Below are positions 42,001-49,942 of a stretch of 64,000 bases of DNA, one piece after another (the stretch's first letter is position 1; each line of letters opens with the position of its first letter). The notes under the pieces are model-generated. The model was given only the letters and a program-made list of their open reading frames with translations, had not been told where the DNA came from and made no database searches. A program made the translations under genes and the position numbers. Where the stretch lies: sequence record OP589283.1; one strand, given 5' to 3'.

Positions 42001-42970
42001 TAGCACTGGTTAAGGTATTTAACGCATCATACTTTTCACTCCGGGAGTCTTTACCAAACTTCTCGTTTAACATTTCACGAATACCGCCAGATTTACTAAC
42101 TGCGGTATTGTAGATGCTTTCTCTTAAATTCTTTTTAACAAACTGACTGGTGGTAGTCTTTTGGAAATCAGACATCGCTGTTTGTTTGTTAATGGCTTTA
42201 AGCTCCTGAATCGCTCTGTGTTGAGCTTTTTCCATGAACTTATAGAACTTAGCGCTGGTAGCATATTGTCTCGCTAATAAGCTGATTTTAGCCTTATCGT
42301 TAGCCGTTTGAACACGTTGCTGATAGATGACAATATCTTGCAACGTTCTGTTCATTTGACCCATGCCGGATGCAATAGCGTTGCTGCTACCTAACAGGTG
42401 ACTTGCAGTCTGAGTGATTGTTTGACTAATTGCATCTCCCACAGTAGATAATGCAGAAACGGTGTTGTCTCCGCTTTGTGCCACTGTGCTAACTAATTGG
42501 TTAACTTCTTCATCAGAAGTTTCTTCCATCTTAATCGTGTCATCACTACTTGAGCTTGACTTCTCCCAATCACTGAAGTCGTGTTTAGAAAAGCTTTCAA
42601 CCCCCTCTGAAATCTTATTAGGCAAGTACCGGTCAATCTTATCTTTTGAAGATTTTGCGATAGATTGCAGGTTGACCATACTTTCATGGGTGTTATTTTT
42701 AATTTCTTGAATCAACTCACTGCGTTGTTGTTCAAGACGTGAAATATTACTAAAGAAAGGTTTAAAACTGTTGGGGAGAACGCGTTCTAATGTACGTAGA
42801 TTCGTAGAAGTGTCACCGTAGGTTGAATCAGTCGCACCTGCCAAAAATCCAGTAACAAAACTTTTTAATTTGCTTTTAGGTTTTGACGAATCGAAATCAT
42901 CATCAAAACTCATATCACCTTCAAATGGGTCATCTCCCCAATCGAAATCATCATCGAAATTATCACTCAT
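36089..42970 (-). CDS. tail tape-measure-like / cell-puncturing protein with C-terminal GH19 (chitinase-like) muramidase (phiKZ gp181 position)
   Basis: About 2290 aa from ATG 42970 (MSDNFDDD); long helical regions, hydrophobic Gly/Ala segments and internal repeats; C-terminal NAYVESGGF..ENLKY...GDGWRYRGRGFIQLTGKNNY. Confidence 0.85.
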   Translation of the reverse strand: MSDNFDDDFDWGDDPFEGDMSFDDDFDSSKPKSKLKSFVTGFLAGATDSTYGDTSTNLRTLERVLPNSFKPFFSNISRLEQQRSELIQEIKNNTHESMVNLQSIAKSSKDKIDRYLPNKISEGVESFSKHDFSDWEKSSSSSDDTIKMEETSDEEVNQLVSTVAQSGDNTVSALSTVGDAISQTITQTASHLLGSSNAIASGMGQMNRTLQDIVIYQQRVQTANDKAKISLLARQYATSAKFYKFMEKAQHRAIQELKAINKQTAMSDFQKTTTSQFVKKNLRESIYNTAVSKSGGIREMLNEKFGKDSRSEKYDALNTLTSAIEMTASMSEGMELDMFNIAGGLAGEYAVNALIPKLLKSGWTKKRIRSFIRKNPKLYKQLKGKYAWLDDKGGRLSYLTSNTEGLVNLAAKHSSSYDDYEGQDLSYDDYVERMQEEGKKPLNKVVWWTQEKIKAGATHVGNRLTEDLYNSSGTRITNKLRRHADLANPAKWSLRNDLTLNEVIPAHLANINLSLEKIRTGNNSLKAEHYDIVKARFIGQKERDSSVMSRVFAKNEVGSYADSSLRVVDKLDKDGVLTNDKTLRGKLAALVARNQDKGLAFSPYSYLELEGEGFTKAEAEKVRQLMISQWGLTQDDIDKFKSGNLGSVLEALAGIKDIKRLNEVSESYNYLGQSAQSIADRFDEMKAAGNTDALRRAGILKEDDTFDNELRWRLIEEYAKGNDPLSKTMEKAESKSKSNFNNGGFNSLQTPKANQDTEQPTAIDYTVFRELNENIKKLDFSKFDLGGLKNLEPTLAKINSGIADVAKNTADMKALLERVAKEGITTKTIVSRKEKQEKDEAEVQKQGILERIKGFGSGLFSGGMDKILKHDPLILGGLLGGLAATAFHDPKMAMLIGGVSALTVGYMKFHEKAQARGVYDDEDIYEEGAESPLLEAERLKRGEYYCAVAKKVLTSWKEIIGAVVTKTGALVASAYQLSKKLWTSKGKPILLAGLNKGKDLLFRAFRWLDPLNRLTKLKDAAVTRVKQSAVYLKTDTGVSRTPVLTRKGFQEGWYFDENGNPVTSWSDIKGPVYDRDMEPLITQTDYDNGLCNIFGVSLDTTKSTLGKVSKWLGEKFGIMKERFNPAMNRAKEMTKNAFTTDLTPVVSSVDRIYDLLMAHWKYSKTPPRFNDPVTGEPMPAEPGTAGVTPPVSSDKSKEGTVDPISKQRRKKAKGETPTTDKDGKPFVRENSFEDLKQEKEEKEEKEYRRSFLDMVRGLGKDKEKKEEKKGGLLSLLTSGFGLISGLLPKIATGILSIGGTLVSGIAAIVGALGGSWIPDFGGDKDLTPEQRKQNKADKEKAKREKVKAGNKGKAVSRFLKGGKLLGAGAALSYGTSALVSSGIVEEGGLVDDVSGVASTALGVAGTWGMANSVLGLGGYSVGGLLSSAAAGIAGLLSWPVVIGAAAVGAVGYGAYKAYKHFDKPKLPAQIRMAQYGVADSQSDLAARVFNLERFLEEYVVIKGTSASLSEQADVEGMLRLFLQNPKDGKEVEAFLSWFTYRFKPVFLNYCGTMQALDVKGMEAYDSDEDIIRYRIAKDVQRAINGITPNVYDVTPRIDKDTLLINLDNTTTFTDNLFEDWKELLGDALKTDVTTQLKMESKASLEAKRDELKQIARDDNFNGKNYFERTANLRELQDVEQKLKFLNNEAVVKFKSGNDLSVTDLMPEDGTLDPFVALRVGMYGVSLINQSEVEAVLYLERYCEKYVSINGQEVTFSKTPIDVYSEVSSVFGNNVSNRGTWINWFNSRFLPAFLGYMSYYNEYGTGAPGKNWTKLSATAKYKIAKALTLTKSLTGRRNLVIETTSYSAFKDGIDDELGEKILAYLSVLEEKSSRANLIDPIAEAKRTSTKAYLGKIVETNTKGQETLYTSNRTTGNDAKSRKDFMLAGGYGGNTYTKTYFEPIKGNTDTKMLDYGGVTANEGDDQGISVPRELAEQLIIKEMLARGFTDPREIALVLANAYVESGGFKKSTENLKYTDPKRMVDLFSEVKTIEQARSLMKAGPVTTANTVYGGAKGLSLGNTNPGDGWRYRGRGFIQLTGKNNYKSIGDRLGLDLVGNPKLASEDPNIMAKILVEYFASNKKMRTITENDNFAFASQGVNANLPDMDKRFGYYKDYLSSLVDGTLTAENKDEDKKAETVSTAAIPKKAPYQKSSIPFAGVAAPDDSVVNKQVATQPTGTTKPDGVPASLAPLPKETPAAPTPVQVINNNDELKKLLAGGINTNDPNSSKLLANILVELQKMNQSKNDPMTVALK

Positions 42971-43001
42971 ATGCTTACTCTCTTTTAATGAGGTTAGAAT
43001 A

Positions 43002-44462
43002 ATGAAACCAACCAGAATTAAATTATTAGACCCCAAAACAATTTTTCCACCTCTTATTAACGAAGTGAGTAGTGGGGACACGTTTGACCGGGGCACGCAC
43101 AACCTTCACGAAGAAGGGTTATATTCTCCTACCATCTTTGGTAGAATCGGACGTAAAGACCGGTTTTCCAAAGAAGGGTTTATCAATACGGGTGCACCTA
43201 TTTTAAACCCCACGTATTATAAAACTATCGTGGGATTGAACAACGGTCAAAACGGTTTATACGCCGGTATTTTGAAAGGGATCGTTTACGCAAAATGGGA
43301 TGCCCAGAAAAAGGATTTCATAAAATCCGATATCATCGAAGGAAGAACAGGATATAGTTTCTTTTTAGAACACTTATCTGAGTTCGCACCTGAGTTAAAA
43401 GATTCCCATTCCCGTAAGCAAGCCATTAAGTTAATTTTGGAAAACAAAGATAAAGCATTAATGAAACGCTTTATTGTCATTCCGGCAGGTTTACGGGATA
43501 TTGAACATCGCCCCGATGGTGGGGTTAAAGAAAAGGAAATTAATAAAACGTATCAACGTTTAATTTTCCGTGCCCGTTCTTTACAAGGTATTAACGAGCG
43601 TGATGAGAACGATCCTGTTTACGATAACTCTCGTGCATCCATTGGTGAAATTGTTAACGAAATAGACCACGAACTGTTTGAGATGTTAAACGGTAAGAGT
43701 GGTTTCATTCAATCTAAAGTAGGTACCCGTGGTTTAGTCAGTTCTACTCGTAACGTGATTGTGGCCAGACAAGTCAGTCGTACTCATTTAGACGAAGATG
43801 ACGGTAAAGGCATCAATAGCACCGATATCGGTTTATATCAAGCAATGTTGATGTACAATTATGCTTGTTTACATGAACTGATAAACGGTTGGTTATCCAC
43901 TATTTTTACAATAGGGGCTAACGTGGGTAAATTAGTTGATACCAAAACCTTAACTTCAGAATACGTGGATTTGAAACCAGACACCATCAGTAAGTGGACA
44001 ACCGTTGAAGGGTTAAATAAACTCATCTATGGTTTCAAGAACGTCCATCTACGCCATAAACCAATTGTGGTGGAAGGTTACTACCTTGGGTTAGTTTACG
44101 ACGATGGTAAAGAGGTTAAACTACTCAGTGACATCGGCGAACTTCCAGATGGAAGGGATAAAAAGTTTGTCACTCCATTGACGTACTTTGAAATGTTTTA
44201 TTTAATTTGTAACCAAGCCATTAAACAAAACCTGATGCAACAAACGCGTTACCCCATTATCGGTATCGGTAGTACGTATCCTTCTTATAACAATCTTGTT
44301 ACGGGAAGTGAAAACAAACCCCGTAACGTATTAAATGAAATGTGGGAAACCGAATATCGTTGTTTAAGTTATCCTGAGAAATCAGAACATCCAGTTTATT
44401 ATGACGCAATGTCTGTTGACATTAGTCGATATGCTAACTTGGACGCTGACAACGACGGCGAT
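43002..44462 (+). CDS. virion RNA polymerase beta' N-terminal subunit (phiKZ gp180-like), exon 1
   Basis: GLYSPTIFGRIG, VIPAGLRD, LNGKSGFI...RNVI, RYPIIG; ends at the catalytic LDADNDGD. GAGG SD before ATG 43002. Confidence 0.9.
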
Positions 44463-46263
44463 TTTCTTGTACATTAATAAAGATGTGATTATTGCACCTT
44501 CGTGTTCTATTTTATATAGATAAAACCGAGGAAATAACATGTCACTCTTTACTTTACATTATCTTAAACTTCCAGAGTCAAACATTACGTATGAACTCAA
44601 GAATGATTTTTTGTTCTACGATGGAGAAACCACTCTCCCCCACTTAACTTTTACTGACAGCCCAGATAAAGTGTTGGTTAAAAATCCGTCTCCTAAGAAG
44701 GAAGGTGACGCTTACCTTACACTGGATAGAGGGTTACTTATTCTTTTTGCATGTCGTCGTTTCTATCTTCCTCTCAGTTTATGGAGGATGGTTGATATTC
44801 AGTTTTTAGATGATAACACAAAAAATTATGACCCTCGTAACTTATATGTCATGTACAAAGAAAAAATACCCTATCCTGAATTGGAGGGATTTTACTACAT
44901 ACCAGGACACGAACTGAACGTCATCAATGAAAAAGGAGTGGTGTTTAATATTCCTTGCTCTAAACTCAGACCCCCGAAAATAAACAATGCGCACATTGAT
45001 AAGAACACCTACATCGGTACCACTGTAGAGATAAAACCTCATAAGTTTGTCACAAGGGTGTTACATCGATTACTAGGGTTGGTATTTAAGAACCCCCCCA
45101 AGGGTTATCCTAATTGTGTGGTAGACCATTTGAATGCGGTAAAGTACGATTTCTCATTGGATAATTTAGAATGGGTATCGTCAGGTGAGAATAATGACCG
45201 TGCTAAACAAATGGGGTTACGAACGGACAATAAACGAGTTGAAGTGTTAGACACTAAAACAGGTATAACGTCCACATACATCTCAGGTAATAGTGCAGCG
45301 GCCGCTATAGGCTGTTCTAACGGGATTTTGAGTAATGCGTTTACAAGTGGTTCTAGGGTAGTTAAAAAGCGGTGGAAAGTAAGGTACGTTGGAGAAGAAG
45401 TCAATTGGGATTCGATTTCAATCAAACCCAGCGGAAACTCAGAAGTAAAACCTATTTTAGCCAGAAATGTTGTGTCTGGTCATATTCGTAAGTTTCCGAG
45501 TGTAAGGGAAGCCATGCGAGTATTGTCAAAAGAAGGTGTACGCGTTCATTTGGCATCCATCACCAGACAAGTTAACAACTCTGCGGAGAAACGAATAACA
45601 GGCGGGTATGAATTCAAATACCAAGATGATAGTACACCTTGGCATGTATTCACTGAATGGGATGTAGAGGTATTTAGACGCGGCCTCAATACTCGTACAC
45701 CTGTTTATAACGTTACCGATGTTACCACCAAAGAGTCAACCATTTACTTTGGTTGGCAACCAGTTGCTTTATTAACTGGAGTAGAAAAGCGTGCTGTACT
45801 CATTGCAGCGGCTGAGGGTGGTATACTGGCTCGTAAGTTTAAGATAGTAAAGTTAAGGTAATAATGTATTATGTCCAGCTAGGCGCGAAAGCCCTAGACT
45901 GTTTTCCTTTGAATTGACTGGGACGACCACAAAAGTGAACCGCTACTGCTCATTAGAAATGATGAGTGACAGAGACGAAAGTCAGAAACAATGGTGTTCA
46001 CCTGCCCTATGCTAACCAATAACGCTAAGGGGTATTGACAAGGGTCTATCAGCAGCTAAGCTCCGTACGAGGGTTATCCCTCAGGAGAATGTCCAACGAC
46101 TAAGGCCTAGCCAGCCTGTACTCATGACATGGATTCGTTGTGGGGAAGTGGAGGAGACCTAAGGTTACAAAAGTAACTATGGTTAAGATATAGTCTGTCC
46201 CTGGCTTAAGAGCAAGGCGGGTGTCTGTGCACACCGGGTGTAAGTAATACACCGGACAAAGAG
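44463..46263 (+). mobile_element. group I intron (~1801 nt) carrying an HNH endonuclease ORF
   Basis: P AATTGACTGGGA (45912), Q ATCAGCAGC (46048), R GTCCAACGACTA (46091), S AAGATATAGTCT (46185); 5' exon ends in U, intron ends in G; splicing restores DGD-QLNANG in frame. Confidence 0.88.
44539..45861 (+). CDS. intron-encoded HNH homing endonuclease with three NUMOD1-like DNA-binding repeats
   Basis: VVDHLNAVKYDFSLDNLEWVSSGENN HNH motif; repeats KRVEVLD..TYISGNSAA, KPILARN..KFPSVREA and PVYNVTD..IYFGWQPVA; own GAGG SD. Confidence 0.92.
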   Translation: MSLFTLHYLKLPESNITYELKNDFLFYDGETTLPHLTFTDSPDKVLVKNPSPKKEGDAYLTLDRGLLILFACRRFYLPLSLWRMVDIQFLDDNTKNYDPRNLYVMYKEKIPYPELEGFYYIPGHELNVINEKGVVFNIPCSKLRPPKINNAHIDKNTYIGTTVEIKPHKFVTRVLHRLLGLVFKNPPKGYPNCVVDHLNAVKYDFSLDNLEWVSSGENNDRAKQMGLRTDNKRVEVLDTKTGITSTYISGNSAAAAIGCSNGILSNAFTSGSRVVKKRWKVRYVGEEVNWDSISIKPSGNSEVKPILARNVVSGHIRKFPSVREAMRVLSKEGVRVHLASITRQVNNSAEKRITGGYEFKYQDDSTPWHVFTEWDVEVFRRGLNTRTPVYNVTDVTTKESTIYFGWQPVALLTGVEKRAVLIAAAEGGILARKFKIVKLR

Positions 46264-46434
46264 CAATTGAACGCTAACGGGATTGTTGCAGAAGACAGTA
46301 AAGAAGAATGTAAAGGTTTATTCGGTAAACGTGACTTTTACATTGGTGGTGGGGATAACTTTTATTATACCCCGGTTACTGATACATTGGCTTGGTTGCT
46401 TAAATCTGCAACTTCGGGACTTAAATCCGTTTAG
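46264..46434 (+). CDS. virion RNA polymerase beta' subunit, exon 2 (56 aa, QLNANGIVAED...SGLKSV)
   Basis: Open 57-codon frame starting right after the terminal G and ending 8 nt before the beta gene; absent from the ORF track. Confidence 0.8.
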   Translation, partial: QLNANGIVAEDSKEECKGLFGKRDFYIGGGDNFYYTPVTDTLAWLLKSATSGLKSV

Positions 46435-46442
46435 GAAAGATT

Positions 46443-49400
46443 ATGAAACAGGCACCTTTATATGAATTGTGGTATCGTAAGCTCGGGTTACGTAAAAAGC
46501 AAAACATTGCTAACCCAATGTTTTTGTCTTTAGCGGAATTGAGTTTACCGTTATACAGCACAATTCATTATTTAGCAAAACATGAAAATGAGTTAGGCCC
46601 CAGCCCAAGTGAAACGTTAATTTCAAATTGGTTGGGCGAAAACATTTACATTAACTTTGTGAACACCTATACTCCTTATATTGGGAGTATTGGCCCTGCT
46701 GTGTTTGATCTACGTAAAAACATTAAGAAATATCGTGCAAGTCATTTTAACTATAGTTGGATTATGAACATCAATGACGTCTATAAACGTCGTGAAAATT
46801 TGATTGTTTGGAACCACGCTTGTGCGAATAAAACGTTCAAAGTAAGAGCAAGTCTTTTTGCTACCTATGAACGTTATTATAATGATTTCCGTAACGTAAT
46901 CGAAAGTGTTAATACCGTTACTGAAAAAGGATTACGTAATCAATTTTTAAGAATTGAACTACCCAATCGGATGCCGAACTTTTTACGTATTAGTGATGAT
47001 TTAAATCATTTTGCTAAGGTGCGTAGAGAATACGCCAAAACCGGCAAGATGATGCTGAATAAAGAAATGATGCGTCAGACAAAAGGCGAAAGTTGCTATT
47101 GGGTATTAGAGTTACTCAGCTTCTTATTAACAGATTTAGCAACTAATAAGAAAGGGGAAGAAGCTGAAGAAAAAATTAAAATAAGTTTATTTAACCTACT
47201 CAATGATGAGTCTAAACATAAATTAAATATTGTGTTTAGTTATCAAGGTACCGGATTTGTCGTTAACCTTGGTTTATTAGAAAGTTGGTTTAAAGAGCTT
47301 CGCGATGATGGTAGTCGTGTTAATGGTTTCAAACGTTTCTATCTTTCTCTTATCAAGTTGTCTAGCACCGAAATGGTTTTAGAGGACGAAAATGAAGAGA
47401 TTAAAAACACTGTCGAGGAGACTACGGAAGAACCAGAGGAACTGGATGAAGATGAGTCAGAGGCGCCCATTGAAAAAGATGAGCAAAAGGTCGCTGTTCA
47501 CGATACTACTCCTATTCTTGATATTTTCGCTGATCAAGTCGATTCTGATGACGGAAGTCTTCAATCCGGAGGAGACGAGGGAGGGGAAGATGATTCTGGA
47601 GAGCCTGCTGAACAGTCGTGGACCGATCCAGTAGACGATAGTCTATTTGAAGAGCCTGAGGTTGCCACTGAGACGGATTCAGGTCGTAATGTATTCGCTG
47701 ACCCTTCCGCAGGTATTGAACGCAGTCTTCGCTTAAAAGGGAAAGAGAACGGTATTAGCGCAAGAGAATACGCTCTCTTTAAAAAGAAATCGGAGTCTTA
47801 TAAAAACATTGTGTTACCTAACGGTGAAACGATGGAAACGTTTATGAAGATAGACGAAAAAGAACTCCGTAATCTTGACGGTAAAATTAAGGGGACTTTT
47901 GAAACCGTAAAAGACCCTTCGTTATTACAGTCTCGTACTTCGGAATTGCGTAAAGGGTACGTGAAGAAGTTTTTACATAAAGACATCATTCGTACTTTAG
48001 TTGCTTTCCAAAACAGTGGTACCGCGTTAACTGATTTGTCTATCACTGAAGAGGGTGACAAAGAAGGGATGTATGAAATTTATAACGCGCAATTCCATCC
48101 TGTTGGGGGAACTGTTAAAACCGTTCCTATTCGCATGCCGAAAGTGCTACCTGACTGCACCATCATGATAGATGGTAATAAAAGCTATTTACAAAACCAA
48201 CGCATGGAACTCCCTATTCGTAAGGTGAGACATGACGAAGTAATGCTATCTAGCTTTTATGGTACACGATTAAGTTTAAAACGCAGCCGTATGGTGAAGG
48301 ACGATTATCATCTTTGGTTATTACGTCAAATCATCAAAGGGGATAAAATCAACGGTTATCAAATTGCATTGGGTCGTAGTAAAACAAGCCACTTAAAGGT
48401 TCCTCAACTTTATTACACGCTTGCAGCCAAATTTAAATCTATTGCATTTGATGACATGACCTTTGTTTTCTCAATGGACACGTTGATTGAAGAAGACCCA
48501 GCGATTGAAAAGTTGAATTCCCCTGATAGTGTAGTCATCGGTAAAAAGGGTGACAAATACATTACATTGGATGCGTTTAACAACGTTTATGTCGGGGATG
48601 AGTTAAAAGGTGGGTTTACTGAGTTAGTTAAAATCGACCAGCGCAAAGCTCCTGTTGATATGGTGAGTTTGTTGTTGAATAACGTAAACTTCCCTATTGT
48701 TATTTTGTTGTGTTATTATTTCGGTATCGATAAACTATTGCAGGTTACCAAAGCAAATTATCGTGTGGTACCGAGTAATGAGAAAACTGTCTTAACCAAT
48801 GACGAATTCAAAGTCGTATTTAACGACGAGACACTGGTCTTTAACCGTAACGACCGGGTGACCACGTTAATCTTTGGTGGATTAGTTGGGTTGAAAAACT
48901 TAAGTAACTTTAACAGAGTTGACTTAAATAACAACGATAACTTGCTTACGGTGATGGGTTCGGAAAGTAAAGCAAAAATCACTCACTTCTATGAAATGGA
49001 ACGGCTGTATCGTTTGTTCATCGACCCTATCACTAAAGATGAATTAATTCGTCTGAAGTACTCTGTTGACTTTGATTATTTGTTGTTGGATGCTGTTGAG
49101 CTATTAAAAGACAGTTATCACCGCAATGAAGTGGAAATTGAAGAGCAACGGATTAGTGGTTATGAACGTTTAGTTGGACACATGTACACGCAACTCTGTC
49201 GTGCTAACCGTGAATACGGTAACAAGACAACAGGTAAGAAAGTTTTCTCATTAAATCCTGATGCTGTGTTGATGGCCATCCAACTGGATACCAGTTTAAA
49301 CCAAGTGGAAGAGGTCAACCCATTCCACCAAATCAAAAGTGATGAGGAGGTTACGTTCGGTGGTACTGGTGGTCGCGGTGACGATGTAATGGTCGCCAGA

Positions 49401-49601
49401 ACCCGTGCTCAGCTACAAAGTTATCGTGGTGTGATTTCTGAAGCGCATAAAGACAACCAAAAGGTGGGGTATGTTACCCACTTAACGTCAGATGCTCGTA
49501 TCAGTGATTATCGTGGTAACATTGATAGCAAAGAAACAATAACCAATGCAGGACTAGCGTCTGTAACAGGTAACTTGTATTACGGTTCCTTTAAAGATGA
49601 T
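46443..49601 (+). CDS. virion RNA polymerase beta subunit N-terminal part (phiKZ gp178-like), exon 1
   Basis: IDGNKSYLQNQR, QVEEVNPF, VTFGGTGGR, GVISEAHKDNQKVG; ends ...GSFKDD. Confidence 0.88.
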
Positions 49602-49942
49602 CAACATAGGGTCCCCTTATTTGGAAACAGATAAGGTGCTATAACCTCTAATTGCTGGGAGGGTTTGTTAAACCTCATTACACCACTGCGTAACTGGAAA
49701 CGGTAAACGTGAAGGTTTGAAAAGTAATGAGCTGAACCTAGTCAGCAGCAAAGCACCTAAGGTATTGTTGAGATAACAAGATACGGTGTGCGTCCAGAGA
49801 CTATCGCTGAAATGCGAGTAGGGGTCTAGTGTGATTCCGAAACGGGGTTTGCTTACCGTGGACTGAAGAAGTCCTATACGGTTGCATGAAATATAGTCCA
49901 CTGTGTTCGATGATTTCTTATGGATAAGAATAGAGCACATTG
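49602..49942 (+). mobile_element. group I intron (341 nt) without ORF
   Basis: P AATTGCTGGGA (49650), Q AGTCAGCAGC (49740), R GTCCAGAGACTA (49792), S GAAATATAGTCC (49888); exon 1 ends GAU, intron ends G; splicing gives DD-PKR in frame. Confidence 0.88.

Noticed and set aside
42870-43102. Apparent 230-bp head-to-head overlap of the tape-measure and RNAP ORFs
   Set aside because: Artefact of upstream alternative starts; SD-supported starts are 42970 and 43002.
44463-44477. Reading the beta' gene as simply ending FLVH-stop, or as a frameshifted pseudogene
   Set aside because: A complete group I core and an in-frame 56-aa downstream exon explain the break.
46283-46465. Track ORF of 60 aa (MLQKTVKK...)
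   Set aside because: Out of frame with the real exon 2 (46264..46434), no SD, TTG start.
49668-49940. Minus-strand 90-aa ORF inside the second intron as a possible intron-encoded protein
   Set aside because: Antisense to the ribozyme core, no nuclease motif and no SD.
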